Below are positions 36,168-45,754 of a stretch of DNA of 64,000 nucleotides, one piece after another. Position 1 is the stretch's first letter. Every line of letters begins with the position of its first letter. The stretch is from positions 19,217 through 83,216 of the forward strand of contig JABMNV010000189.1 in the NCBI GenBank assembly GCA_013203475.1. The letters are read 5' to 3'. The position numbers and the translations under genes were made by a program. A model generated the notes under the pieces. That model made no database searches, had not been told where the DNA came from, and saw nothing but the letters and a program-made list of their open reading frames with translations. This stretch comes from Acidobacteriota bacterium. Its GTDB lineage: Bacteria; Acidobacteriota; Vicinamibacteria; Vicinamibacterales; SCN-69-37.

Positions 36168-36358
36168 TCTTCGCCTTCGCGGAACCCCATGACTCGGCAG
36201 TCAACAGAGGGAGTGCCGCGAGGACCGCCATACTCGTCCACATGCTGTGTGCCGATGTGTGTCTCGAGCCGCTTGCGCGCTCTCTTGACCGTATCGCAAT
36301 TCTTGATGCCGTACATCGTGACCATTCGTGACTCCTTGCGCTGTGACCGTATGATCAC
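36125..36358 (-). pseudogene. Mosaic ORF: ArsC/Spx-family N-terminal stub fused to a cfa-like methyltransferase C-terminal stub
   Basis: MVTMYGIKNCDTVKRARKRLETH (ArsC/YffB-type start), then GFREGEEWLVSHYLFGKAPR*, which parallels the C-terminus [17 protein letters not shown] of gene 41472..42581. Confidence 0.45.
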
Positions 36359-37614
36359 GGCGCCGATGATTCACGCTGGTACTCGGCGTGGCCCTTGCGC
36401 GATGGCGATGACTCGATATGTCCATGGCGAGCTCCGGCCTTGGTGAGCATCAACTGCACATCGCTGATGTGTCGCTCGCGAAACGCTCCTTCGCAGTAAG
36501 CCAGGTAGTAGTCCCACAGTCGACAGAATCGATCGTCGAATCCCAGTCGGTTCACCGCATCAGCAGACTCATGGAACCGTCGTCGCCACTCGGCCAGCGT
36601 GGCCGCGTAGTGGAGGCCGATGTCTTCAAGGTGGAACACGGATAGCTTCGTGGCCCGTGCCAGAGACCCCTGAATCTCCAGGAGAGAGGCCAGCTCAGAG
36701 CCGGGGAAGATGCGCCGCTGAATCCAGTCGCTCTGGCGTCGATACGCCTTGAATTTCTGTTCGTTCATCGTGATGGCCTGCATGACCATCGCGCCATCAG
36801 GAGCCAGCAGACGATCGCAGGCGGAGAAGAACGTATCGTAGAACTCGAACCCGACCGCCTCGAACATTTCGATGCTGACAATCTTGCTGAAGGTACCCGT
36901 CAGCTTCCGATAGTCATCCAGGAGCAGGGTAATGCGCGCGCCAGCGTCGCCCGAACTCGCAAACAACTGTTGTGCCGCGCCATGCTGTTCGCGACTGATG
37001 GTGGTGGTTGTCACCTGGCAGCCGTAGTGCTGAGAGGCGTGCAGCGCGAACGCGCCCCAGCCTGTGCCGATCTCCAGCACATGGTCGTTCGGACGCAGTT
37101 CAAGCTTTCGGCAGATGCGGTCGAGTTTCTCGACTTGCGCATCCTCAAGTGAGGTGCCGGCATCCCGATAGACCGCACTTGAATACACCATGCGCTCGTC
37201 GAGGAAGAGGCGGAAGAAGTCGTTGCTCAGGTCGTAGTGCGCATGAATATTCAGGCGGCTCCCAGTCTCGGTATTGCGATTCGTCCAGTGGCGGACGCGA
37301 TGGAAGAGGCGACTGCCTGATTGCAGCAGGGGGTGGCCCCCTTCGAGTGTGTCGAGATTGCGCGCCGCCAGGCGTACCACCGCGACCAGATCCGGTGATG
37401 ACCAATCGCCATCGACGTAGGCATCCCCGGCGGCGTCGTCTCCTCCGAGCAGCATGCGGGTAAAGAATCGTTCGTCGTGTACCGCGATGCAGGCACGCAG
37501 GTCCGATGACGGAGGGCCGAAAGTGAACGACCGGTCAGGACAGACCACTTCCAGCGACCCCTGGGTAAGCTGGTTCAGCATGCGGAACACTGCGCGTCTG
37601 GCGAATGAGGTCAT
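36355..37614 (-). CDS. cfa: Cyclopropane-fatty-acyl-phospholipid synthase family SAM methyltransferase
   Basis: Start ATG 37614 overlaps the upstream stop (ATGA). HYDLSNDFFRLFLD, VLEIGTGWGAFALHA (SAM site), FEAVGFEFYDTFF, and YLAYCEGAFRERHISDVQL. Confidence 0.85.
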   Translation of the reverse strand: MTSFARRAVFRMLNQLTQGSLEVVCPDRSFTFGPPSSDLRACIAVHDERFFTRMLLGGDDAAGDAYVDGDWSSPDLVAVVRLAARNLDTLEGGHPLLQSGSRLFHRVRHWTNRNTETGSRLNIHAHYDLSNDFFRLFLDERMVYSSAVYRDAGTSLEDAQVEKLDRICRKLELRPNDHVLEIGTGWGAFALHASQHYGCQVTTTTISREQHGAAQQLFASSGDAGARITLLLDDYRKLTGTFSKIVSIEMFEAVGFEFYDTFFSACDRLLAPDGAMVMQAITMNEQKFKAYRRQSDWIQRRIFPGSELASLLEIQGSLARATKLSVFHLEDIGLHYAATLAEWRRRFHESADAVNRLGFDDRFCRLWDYYLAYCEGAFRERHISDVQLMLTKAGARHGHIESSPSRKGHAEYQRESSAP

Positions 37615-38405
37615 CGTGATCCTTCGTTGTGTTTCGGTGCAGGTTGCACGTGGGCTGGATGGGTGAATACCGGCACGCGCTTGATGAGCAGGCGGAAGGC
37701 CTGCCAGTGAATGGCTGCAATCACCTTGATGGTCATCCACGGGTGCCGCAGAAGGGCCATGCGAATCGCGTGTGGTGTCCACGGGCGATGCGCCAGGGTC
37801 ATCGTGGCGTCAAACAGCGGCGGTGATTCCAGGTGGCGGTCGTGGGTGGCCATGTGCACCACGAGCGCCTCGCCGGGCTCTGACAAGACAAACTCGTAGT
37901 CGAGATCCATCGGCATGAACGGCGAGACGTGCAGGTCCTTCGCGCAGCGGTAACGATAGTCCGCGCGACCCGCTTGTCGGTTGTCCGCCCAGAGCCAATA
38001 GGTCCGGCGCTCGCCAAATGTATTGTTGACCTCGGCAAGGACGGCCTGGAGGGTGTGCGTCGCGTCGTAGCAGAAGAACAACGAGATGGGGTTGAAGCAG
38101 TAGCCGAGGTATCGGAGGTGCGTGAGGAGATAGATCGGCCCGCGCTCGAGCGACACCCCGTGCGCCCTGGCGTCGGTCGTGACGCGTTCGCGCAGAGATT
38201 CGGACGGCGCACCGAGATGGTCGCGGTCATCGTAGCTGGCCCAGTTAAAACGGTTGAATCCGGTCAACCGCGATCGCGCCATGACGTCTGGAATCCGGTC
38301 GACATCGAGCCAGGCCATGAACAGTTCGTACGAGAACGCATGCGCGCGCGGGCGGTAGCGTCGATGGCGGAGCGTGCCCGTGTAGAGGCCGGGCTCGGGA
38401 ATCAC
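37611..38405 (-). CDS. DUF1365-family protein
   Basis: LYTGTLRHRRYRPRAHAFSYELFMAWLDVD...YLGYCFNPISLFFCY is the DUF1365 signature. GTGA overlap with the upstream gene. Confidence 0.85.
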   Translation of the reverse strand: MIPEPGLYTGTLRHRRYRPRAHAFSYELFMAWLDVDRIPDVMARSRLTGFNRFNWASYDDRDHLGAPSESLRERVTTDARAHGVSLERGPIYLLTHLRYLGYCFNPISLFFCYDATHTLQAVLAEVNNTFGERRTYWLWADNRQAGRADYRYRCAKDLHVSPFMPMDLDYEFVLSEPGEALVVHMATHDRHLESPPLFDATMTLAHRPWTPHAIRMALLRHPWMTIKVIAAIHWQAFRLLIKRVPVFTHPAHVQPAPKHNEGSR

Positions 38406-39667
38406 GTCGCCACTCCGTCGGGGTCGGACACGCCGAGTGCGTCCGCCACGCGCCGGCCGCTGCGCACACCGTCCTCGTGGAAACCGTAGAACCAGTACGC
38501 GCCACAGAAGTGCGTGTGGTGGCGACCGCTGATCTCTGACCAGCGCTCCTGCGCCCGGATCGCCGCATGGGTGTAAAGCGGATGCGCATACGTCAGTCGC
38601 CGAAGCACGGTGGCCGGGTCGATGGCGTCGCCACCGTTGAGCGTCACACAGTAGTCTTCGGGTGTCGTCAACGACTGCAGTCGGTTCATGTGATACGTCA
38701 CGGCCACGGCATGTCGGTCACCGAGCCGATAGTTCCATGAGGCTCGGGCGGACTCTCGGCGCGGCAGGAGTGACGTATCGGTGTGCAGGCACACCTCGTT
38801 GCGCGTGGTCTGGAAGCTGCTCAGAATCTCGCGTTCGCTGTCAGTCGGCCGCTCGAGCAACGGCAGAATCTGGTCGCCGTGACAGGCAAAGACCACCTCG
38901 TCAAAGTGTTCGTCGGCGCGGCCCGCACAGCGCAAGGTGACGCCATCAGCTGAGCGCGAGACTGACGTGATCGTCACGCCGGTGAGGATGCGGTCACGAA
39001 ACGGCGCCGTCAGCGGTGCCAGATACGTGTGGCTGCCGCCGCGAATGACCCTCCACTGAGGATGGGTGGTCAGTCCCAGCATCCCGTGGTGGTGCATGAA
39101 GCGCACGAGAGTCACCACCGGGAAGCCGCGCATCGCGGTGGGGGACATGGACCAGATGGCCCCCGCCATCGGTATCAGATACCGCTCTTCGAAGACCGCC
39201 GAGTACCGCCCGTGCTCCAGGAAGTCTCCAAGTGTCCACTGCCGGCGTGTGGGATCATCCAACACGGCTGGTGCCGCACGGTTGAACCGGATGATATCGA
39301 GGAGCAACTGATGATGTCGAAGCGAGGCGAGATTCCTGCGCTGCGCGAAGAAGCCACCCAGACCGCGACTCGAGTACTCAAAGTCGCCATCCGGTGTGCT
39401 CACGCCGAATGACATGTCGCTCGGCTGAGTGTCAACGCCCAACTCGTCCATGAGCCTGCAGAAGCGCGGATACGTGCGGGAGTTGTGGACGATGAACCCG
39501 GTGTCGACTGGGACGGGGCCTGCGGCCGAGTCAACCACCACGGTGTGGGTGTGGCCGCCAATTCGTGTGTCCCGCTCGAACACGACGACCTCATAGGCGC
39601 GACTCAAGTAGAACGCGGCCGAGAGTCCGGCGATGCCGGACCCGATGACGGCCAGTCGCTTCATCAC
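38402..39667 (-). CDS. NAD/FAD-binding oxidoreductase (amine-oxidase-like, COG2907)
   Basis: KRLAVIGSGIAGLSAAFYL...VVFERDTRIGGHTHT is a dinucleotide-binding start. The length and C-terminus (FCGAYWFYGFHEDG) are typical of the family that accompanies cfa and DUF1365. Confidence 0.85.
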   Translation of the reverse strand: MMKRLAVIGSGIAGLSAAFYLSRAYEVVVFERDTRIGGHTHTVVVDSAAGPVPVDTGFIVHNSRTYPRFCRLMDELGVDTQPSDMSFGVSTPDGDFEYSSRGLGGFFAQRRNLASLRHHQLLLDIIRFNRAAPAVLDDPTRRQWTLGDFLEHGRYSAVFEERYLIPMAGAIWSMSPTAMRGFPVVTLVRFMHHHGMLGLTTHPQWRVIRGGSHTYLAPLTAPFRDRILTGVTITSVSRSADGVTLRCAGRADEHFDEVVFACHGDQILPLLERPTDSEREILSSFQTTRNEVCLHTDTSLLPRRESARASWNYRLGDRHAVAVTYHMNRLQSLTTPEDYCVTLNGGDAIDPATVLRRLTYAHPLYTHAAIRAQERWSEISGRHHTHFCGAYWFYGFHEDGVRSGRRVADALGVSDPDGVAT

Positions 39668-40473
39668 AACGCGGTCCTGGTCTTGCGCGGGGAACGCAGA
39701 TTGCCCGCGATCCCCACCCAGCTCAGGGCCTTGAGCACGAGGTACGTCACGTCAATCTCCCACCAGCGGTGTCCCTGACGACAACTGCCCGGCGAATGGT
39801 GGTGGTTGTTATGCCATCCTTCGCCCAGCGTGATGATGGCCAGCCACCAGTTGTTGCGGCTCTCGTCCCGCGTCTCGAATCGTCGCGTGCCAAACAGATG
39901 CGCCAGCGAATTGATCGCAAACGTGCAGTGATACAAGACGACCGTTGACACAACGTATCCCCACACAAACGCCGGCCAGCCGCCAATGATGGCCACCGCC
40001 GATCCGAACACGACGGTCGACACCCAATGGTGTCGATCCAGCCACACCAACTCCGGATACCGGCGCAAGTCGCGCACAGCCTCCGGGTCGTACTCGTCGA
40101 AGTCGTTCGACAGGACCCATCCGACATGCGCCCACCAGAATCCCCGCCGGTGTGGGGAGTGGACATCCGCCTCCTGATCCGACTCGCGATGGTGCAGGCG
40201 ATGGTGCGCCGCCCACCAGAGCACGCCCTTTTGCGCCGAGGTCTGCGCCAGAAAGGCCATCAGGAACTGGCCGGTGCGGCTCAATGTGTAGCTGCGATGC
40301 CCGAAGTACCGGTGATATCCAGCGGTCACGCCGAACATCCGGAGCAGGTAGGTGCCGAGCAGCCACGCCAGCAGCGCTCCTGTTGGAGGCGCCCACCACA
40401 CGGCCACTACGCCGACATGCAACAGGAGAAAGAACAACACGGCGCCGAACTGGTAGCCTCTGAGTCGTGACAT
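39664..40473 (-). CDS. Membrane acyl-CoA/acyl-lipid (delta-9-type) fatty-acid desaturase
   Basis: Three His boxes: HRYFGHRS, HHRLHHRESD and HNNHHHSP. Start chosen at ATG 40473 (MSRLRGYQ...). Confidence 0.85.
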   Translation of the reverse strand: MSRLRGYQFGAVLFFLLLHVGVVAVWWAPPTGALLAWLLGTYLLRMFGVTAGYHRYFGHRSYTLSRTGQFLMAFLAQTSAQKGVLWWAAHHRLHHRESDQEADVHSPHRRGFWWAHVGWVLSNDFDEYDPEAVRDLRRYPELVWLDRHHWVSTVVFGSAVAIIGGWPAFVWGYVVSTVVLYHCTFAINSLAHLFGTRRFETRDESRNNWWLAIITLGEGWHNNHHHSPGSCRQGHRWWEIDVTYLVLKALSWVGIAGNLRSPRKTRTAL

Positions 40474-40545
40474 GGCCCCATGTTCCTCGTCCTGCCTGTG
40501 TTTGTCAAGCATTTGTCCATTACAAATCATTGACAAGCATTAGAC
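40474..40545. promoter_or_regulatory. Divergent promoter region with a candidate CarH/LitR operator
   Basis: AT-rich island in a GC-rich genome. ttgtcaagcat (40502-12) and ttgacaagcat (40530-40) flank the palindrome tttgtccattacaaa (40512-26). Confidence 0.45.
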
Positions 40546-41475
40546 ATGGAGATAGTGTTGGTCCAGATGGCAGCGTATTACCCCATTCGAGCCGTGTCGA
40601 AGCTCACCGGCATCAGCCCAGACACCCTGCGTGCCTGGGAGCGCCGCTATCAGGCCGTCCAGCCAGACCGATCCGGGCGAGGCCGCAGGTACGGCGAGCA
40701 GGAAGTGGCGCGATTGCGGCGCCTCAATCAGCTGGTTCATCGCGGTCACGCCATCGGCGGCATTGCCGTGCTGAGCGACGATGCGCTGGATGAACTGCTG
40801 GCAACGCCGGCAGCGCCGACAGAAGTTGACAAGCGTGGGACAGCGCTCCCTACTGACCTGCTGGCGGGGGTCTTGTCGGCGATTACCGACTTTGACTCCG
40901 CGCGTGCCAACGACGAGCTGACGCGGTTGGCCGCCGTGCTGGCTCCAAAGGACTTCGTCTATCAGGCTGTGCTGCCGCTCATGCGGGAGGTCGGCACGCG
41001 CTGGCACGACGGACGATTGACAGTGGCTCAGGAACACCTGGTGTCGCAAATGCTCCGCAATCTGTTGGGCAGCCTCATGCGCCTCTATCGTTCTTCAACG
41101 TCGTCGCGCCGCATGATTGTTGCGACGCCGGCCGGTGAGTCACATGAGTTCGGCGCTCTGGCGGCGTCCATGCTCGCCGCGATTGCCGGTATCGACGTGC
41201 TGTGCCTCGGCGCCGATCTTCCGGCGGAGGAGACCGCCCGGGCCGCCCGCAGGAGTGCGGCGTCGGTCGTCCTGTACGGCATCACCGTCGTGAACGACCG
41301 GACACTTGACGAGGTGGAGTCGCTTGCGCGCGCGATGCCCGAGACCACCACGCTGTGGCTGGGGGGCGCCGGGGTGGCGTCTCTCGATCTGTCTGCATTA
41401 GAGCGCCCCGCTGTTGTGCTTCGCGATCTCTCCGAGTTCGAAGACGAGTGTCGGCGATGGAGTCTTGTGAGATGA
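40546..41475 (+). CDS. MerR-family regulator with a C-terminal B12-binding domain (CarH/LitR-type light sensor), paralog 1
   Basis: Mer[28 protein letters not shown]. Wx9EH motif in [17 protein letters not shown]. Lower-ligand motif ESHEFG (ExHxxG). Probable true start ATG 40567. Confidence 0.8.
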   Translation: MEIVLVQMAAYYPIRAVSKLTGISPDTLRAWERRYQAVQPDRSGRGRRYGEQEVARLRRLNQLVHRGHAIGGIAVLSDDALDELLATPAAPTEVDKRGTALPTDLLAGVLSAITDFDSARANDELTRLAAVLAPKDFVYQAVLPLMREVGTRWHDGRLTVAQEHLVSQMLRNLLGSLMRLYRSSTSSRRMIVATPAGESHEFGALAASMLAAIAGIDVLCLGADLPAEETARAARRSAASVVLYGITVVNDRTLDEVESLARAMPETTTLWLGGAGVASLDLSALERPAVVLRDLSEFEDECRRWSLVR

Positions 41476-42581
41476 CGACATCCGCGGCAGACGCCGCCCT
41501 GCATCGTGACGCTGCGTGGTATGAGTCGCTGGTCGATCGCGACCTGGTACCTGACTGGATTTTACGCGTCGGAATCCGCCGACTGCTTCGCGCCAGGCTG
41601 CGCGAGGAAGACCGTGGGTCGCTAGAGACGCAGCGGACGCATCTCCTTGAGCATGTCGCGCGGCTGAAGGCCAGTCCCATCGCAATTCAGACCGCCGCTG
41701 CCAATCAACAGCACTACGAGGTGCCGGCCGAGTTCTTCACCTACGTCTTGGGCGAGCACCAGAAGTACAGCTGTGGTCTCTGGCAGGAGGGCGACACGCT
41801 TGATGATGCCGAGTTGCGCATGCTTGATCTGACGGCGGAGCGGGCGCGACTGACCAACGGACAGCGGGTGCTGGACCTTGGGTGCGGCTGGGGCGCGTTT
41901 GCCCTGTACGCCGCGGCCCGCTTCCCTGACAGCCGAATCACCGGTGTGTCCAACTCGCATTCTCAGCGACGATTCATTGAGGAGCGGGCTCGCGAGCGCG
42001 GGCTGACGAATCTCGACATCGTGACGGCAGATATCAATACCTTCGACGCCGGCCCTGGCTTTGACCGCATCGTGTCGGTCGAGATGATGGAACATCTGCG
42101 AAACTACCAGCAGCTGTTTGCCAACGCGGCGACGTGGCTCAAGCCGGACGGCTTGCTGTTCACGCACATCTTCACCCATCGGCGATTCGCCTATCCCTAC
42201 GAGGTGAAGGACTCCGGCGACTGGATGGCGGAACACTTCTTCACCGGCGGCCAGATGCCCAGCGACAGTCTGCTCTTGTACTTCCAGGACGATCTGCACA
42301 TTCGCCAGCACTGGGTGGTCAATGGCCGGCACTATCACCACACGGCCGAAGCCTGGCTGGCGAGGATGGACCAGCGGCGTTCCGAGGTGCTCGCCCTGTT
42401 CGCAGACGTCTACGGGGCTGCCGAGGCGCGACGATGGTTCGTGCGATGGCGGATCTTCTTCATGGCGTGCGCCGAGCTCTGGGGCTATCGACACGGTGAG
42501 GAGTGGGTGGTCTCGCACTATCTCTTCGAGCGGGAGCGGGGCCCCGGAGAAGCCGTCGGATCTGTGGTGTCCGGTGGGTGA
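41472..42581 (+). CDS. SAM-dependent methyltransferase, cyclopropane/mycolic-acid synthase family (second cfa-like gene)
   Basis: ATGA overlap with the regulator stop. [49 protein letters not shown] and [10 protein letters not shown]. Confidence 0.85.
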   Translation: MTTSAADAALHRDAAWYESLVDRDLVPDWILRVGIRRLLRARLREEDRGSLETQRTHLLEHVARLKASPIAIQTAAANQQHYEVPAEFFTYVLGEHQKYSCGLWQEGDTLDDAELRMLDLTAERARLTNGQRVLDLGCGWGAFALYAAARFPDSRITGVSNSHSQRRFIEERARERGLTNLDIVTADINTFDAGPGFDRIVSVEMMEHLRNYQQLFANAATWLKPDGLLFTHIFTHRRFAYPYEVKDSGDWMAEHFFTGGQMPSDSLLLYFQDDLHIRQHWVVNGRHYHHTAEAWLARMDQRRSEVLALFADVYGAAEARRWFVRWRIFFMACAELWGYRHGEEWVVSHYLFERERGPGEAVGSVVSGG

Positions 42582-42585
42582 CTCC

Positions 42586-42837
42586 ATGAAGTACGCCCTC
42601 GTCGGTGTGTTTCTGCTGTACGGCGTGCCGCTCTTTCGCCTGCGCTACCGATGGCGTGCCACGGTGTATCGTAGAGACGACTGGAAGATCAACGTGCTGC
42701 CCTGGTTTGGGCACGACATCGCGGCGCTATTCACGAATCGCTATTTTCATACTCCGGAGGAACGCGCCATGGCCCGCCGCTTCCGTCTCTATCTTGCCGG
42801 GTACTGCGCGTTGCTTGCACTGGTGATCACCACATGA
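42586..42837 (+). CDS. Small membrane protein (83 aa), unknown function
   Basis: MKYALVGVFLLYGVPLF...LYLAGYCALLALVITT gives two TM helices. The stop overlaps the next start (ATGA, 42834-37). Confidence 0.5.
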   Translation: MKYALVGVFLLYGVPLFRLRYRWRATVYRRDDWKINVLPWFGHDIAALFTNRYFHTPEERAMARRFRLYLAGYCALLALVITT

Positions 42838-43622
42838 TGGTTGTCGAGTCGATGTGGTCGAACGTCTGGATGACGCTGTGGGTGAGCCTGCTCATTCAGG
42901 CGGTGTTCTTCGCCTTTGCCGCCACGTTTCGCACCGACAAGGTGACGGACCTGTCGTACGGGCTGACCTTTATCATTCTTGCGGTCGTCCTGCTGACCCA
43001 GAGTGATACGGCGGGCCTGGCCGGAATAGTGTTGGCCGGGATGGTGGTGCTCTGGGGGGTGCGCCTGGCGGGCTACCTGCTGTCTCGTATCCTCGCGATC
43101 GGTCGTGACGCACGGTTCGATGGTGTACGCGAACGGTTCTGGCCCTTCTTCCTCTTCTGGCTGGGGCAGGGCGTCGCCGTGTGGGTCATCATGTTGCCTG
43201 TCACGATGTGGTTTTCCCGCCCGGGGCCCTGGACGACGTGGATGTGGGTGGGTGGGGCGATCTGGGCGCTTGGCCTGGTGATCGAAACCATTTCCGACGC
43301 ACAGAAGTTCGTCGCCAAACAGGCGCCCGGCGGCAACGATCGCTGGATGACCACTGGTTTGTGGAAGTACAGTCGGCATCCGAACTACTTCGGCGAGTTG
43401 CTGTGTTGGTGGGGCGTGTTCGTGTTCGCGGCGGGCAGCTATGCTGGCGCGGCCTGGATCGGCGTGACCGGTCCGGTCGCGATCACCTGGATCCTGTTAC
43501 GCGTGACGGGTATTCCGACACTTGAGGCCAGTGCGGCGAAGAAGTGGGGGACCAGCGAGGGCTATCAGGCACACGTCCAGCGCACGAGCCGCCTGATCCC
43601 CTGGCCCCCGCGGGCGCACTAG
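42834..43622 (+). CDS. DUF1295-family membrane protein (steroid-5-alpha-reductase/ICMT-like fold)
   Basis: Multi-TM, with LWKYSRHPNYFGELLCWWGVF as the family signature. Confidence 0.85.
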   Translation: MMVVESMWSNVWMTLWVSLLIQAVFFAFAATFRTDKVTDLSYGLTFIILAVVLLTQSDTAGLAGIVLAGMVVLWGVRLAGYLLSRILAIGRDARFDGVRERFWPFFLFWLGQGVAVWVIMLPVTMWFSRPGPWTTWMWVGGAIWALGLVIETISDAQKFVAKQAPGGNDRWMTTGLWKYSRHPNYFGELLCWWGVFVFAAGSYAGAAWIGVTGPVAITWILLRVTGIPTLEASAAKKWGTSEGYQAHVQRTSRLIPWPPRAH

Positions 43623-45112
43623 TTCGTCCCAGAAATGGGTTCGTAGCTCCACTCCGCCAGATACCGCTTCATCCGCAACTTGCGGACGGTGTTGTCGGTA
43701 CTCATGTAGCGGATGGTTCCGAAGATGGGGCGCTCGGGGCCCCACGGGCGGTCGTAACGCCCCAGCGTCCAGCAGTAGCCCGAATAGGAATTGGGATTCC
43801 GGCCATCCAGCGCCAGCCGGTCCATGATGGCCTTCATCGTCTCCAACGCCTCTTCCGGCGAACGCGTCCACTCCAGAATCTTCTTTCCCCAGACCATGCG
43901 CAGGTAGTTGTCACACGTGCCCGTGGCAGCCAGTTGCCGCTGCGCCGCGTTCCACACGCGGTCGTGCGTTCCCGCTGCCATGAAGGTGTCGAGGTCGTAG
44001 GTGTAGGCGCGTTCGTCACTTGCATGCGCATCGAGCGTGGCCCGCGCCCAGGCCGGCAACGACGAGTACTTGTCGTAGTCATCAGGCCGCAACGCACACA
44101 TGTTGAACCCGAGCTCCCGCCACGTGATGAGCTGATCAAGAAAACCCTCCGCCGACGCGGACGCGCCCCACCATCCGGCACGCTGGCCCTTCTTGCCTGG
44201 CCCCAAGCGTCGGCTGGTCCAGCGCTCGGCGGTCATGACGGCCTCAAAGACCGCGTGCGACGTAATGTGCCCGAAGTGCAGATATGGCGACAACCCGCTG
44301 GCCATCTCATCGTCTGGATGCGAATGTCCGTCGGCGTAGTGCGGGAGTCGTTCGCGAATGAAGCGATCAAGCGTCTGCTGCGCGGCCTTCGGGCCACCTT
44401 TGATCGGCGCCACTCCGACGGAATGATCGAGCGGCAGCGAAGCCAAAAGCGCGGCTGGGTTGTCAAGCGTCGCAAGCGTTGTCGACGGCCAGCGGTCGAT
44501 CACATCCTGCCGCAGCGCCTTGAGGCGCGGCAGGCCGGTCCAGTCGATGACAGACGCCGGCCAGTCCGACAAATGATCGCGGAAGGAACCCTGCAGATAG
44601 GAACGGAACGAATAGGCGGTGAGGAAGACCTTCGTCGTGGCGCGCATCGGCAGGACGCCATTGGAATCGACGGCATCCAGGCGAACGTCCAGTGCCTGAA
44701 GCCGACGACCGGCCGCCGCCACCATCCGCGGCAGGAAGAATGACGGGAAGTCGTCTGTCACCACCAGACACGCGTCGGCCGCCAGCGCTTCCAGCAACCC
44801 CTTCCCTGCTCCTCGCGCCGGCTCCACATAGGGGATATAGGTGACGTTTGTTCCTTCCAGTGCACGCGCGTGATCGGCCATGCCATCGATGACGAATCGA
44901 TGGAGCCTGTCGCTCGCCCACGGATAGTCGCACCGGAGCGCTTCGAGAATGACCAGCGGCTTGCCCCACGCACACGCCTGTTCCACAGCATGCTGGAGCG
45001 CGAAGTTGGACGACACGCGCCGGTACGCCGTCATCCAATAGAGGACGAACGCCTCGTCTGGACGAGCCGATGCGGTGTTGACCGGACGGATGCGAACGAC
45101 AGGTACAGGCAT
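43619..45112 (-). CDS. phr: Class II CPD photolyase (deoxyribodipyrimidine photo-lyase)
   Basis: N-terminus FVLYWMTAYRRVSSNFALQHA (the YWMxxxxRxxxNxAL class II hallmark). C-terminus MVWGKKILEWTRSPEEALETMKAIMDRLALDGRNPNSYSGYCWTLG..DRPWGPERPIFGTIRYMS. Confidence 0.85.
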   Translation of the reverse strand: MPVPVVRIRPVNTASARPDEAFVLYWMTAYRRVSSNFALQHAVEQACAWGKPLVILEALRCDYPWASDRLHRFVIDGMADHARALEGTNVTYIPYVEPARGAGKGLLEALAADACLVVTDDFPSFFLPRMVAAAGRRLQALDVRLDAVDSNGVLPMRATTKVFLTAYSFRSYLQGSFRDHLSDWPASVIDWTGLPRLKALRQDVIDRWPSTTLATLDNPAALLASLPLDHSVGVAPIKGGPKAAQQTLDRFIRERLPHYADGHSHPDDEMASGLSPYLHFGHITSHAVFEAVMTAERWTSRRLGPGKKGQRAGWWGASASAEGFLDQLITWRELGFNMCALRPDDYDKYSSLPAWARATLDAHASDERAYTYDLDTFMAAGTHDRVWNAAQRQLAATGTCDNYLRMVWGKKILEWTRSPEEALETMKAIMDRLALDGRNPNSYSGYCWTLGRYDRPWGPERPIFGTIRYMSTDNTVRKLRMKRYLAEWSYEPISGTN

Positions 45113-45124
45113 GTCTGTCAGCGC

Positions 45125-45754
45125 CTACCCCAGCGGCAGCCACATCAGGATGAGCACATCCCACAGCAGATGCGCGACCAGCGCCGGCGCCACACTGCCG
45201 GTCACCGCCCTCAGCGCGCTCCAGACAAGACCGCAACCAAACGCCACCAGCACCAGCACCGGTGACCCAATCGGCGCGTGCGCCAGGGCGTAGACCACGG
45301 CGATGGCCACCACACCGACCAGCATTCCTGGCCACGACCGATCCGCGAATCTCAGCCGATCGGCGATCGCGCCCTGCACAACACCACGCCACACCAGTTC
45401 CTCGCCGATAACCACGGGGACGAACGCGATCCACGTCACGACCGCCGCCGGCGCGCGGAATGACGCGTAGAGACTGGCCGTATCGGACGCAATCGAGGGC
45501 ACGGCGCTGAGCACCATCGGATAGAGCACATACGTGGCCGCACTCATGGCGCCGCCAACCGCAAGGCCAATCGCCACCAGCGACATCGTCGGCCGCAACG
45601 CGCTCCGCACTCCCGAAAGGTCCCTCGCCGCGATGAGCACTCCCAGGATGACCGCCACACTGCCAACGGCCACCCAGATGCCAAACGTCCCGCTGAGCGC
45701 CGCCGCCGCGGTCCACGCCACGACGCAGATGACGGCAAGCATCGTGGACTTCAT
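45125..45754 (-). CDS. CPBP-family intramembrane glutamic endopeptidase (CAAX-protease-like)
   Basis: EELVWRGVVQ, YALAHAP and VAHLLWDVL motifs in a 6-TM protein. Start ATG 45754 overlaps the upstream stop. Confidence 0.8.
   Translation of the reverse strand: MKSTMLAVICVVAWTAAAALSGTFGIWVAVGSVAVILGVLIAARDLSGVRSALRPTMSLVAIGLAVGGAMSAATYVLYPMVLSAVPSIASDTASLYASFRAPAAVVTWIAFVPVVIGEELVWRGVVQGAIADRLRFADRSWPGMLVGVVAIAVVYALAHAPIGSPVLVLVAFGCGLVWSALRAVTGSVAPALVAHLLWDVLILMWLPLG

Noticed and set aside
43619-43622. Palindromic CTAG in which the stop codons of two convergent genes overlap
   Set aside because: This is a real but trivial consequence of tight convergent packing. There is no hairpin or terminator, so it is noted only as part of the cluster description.
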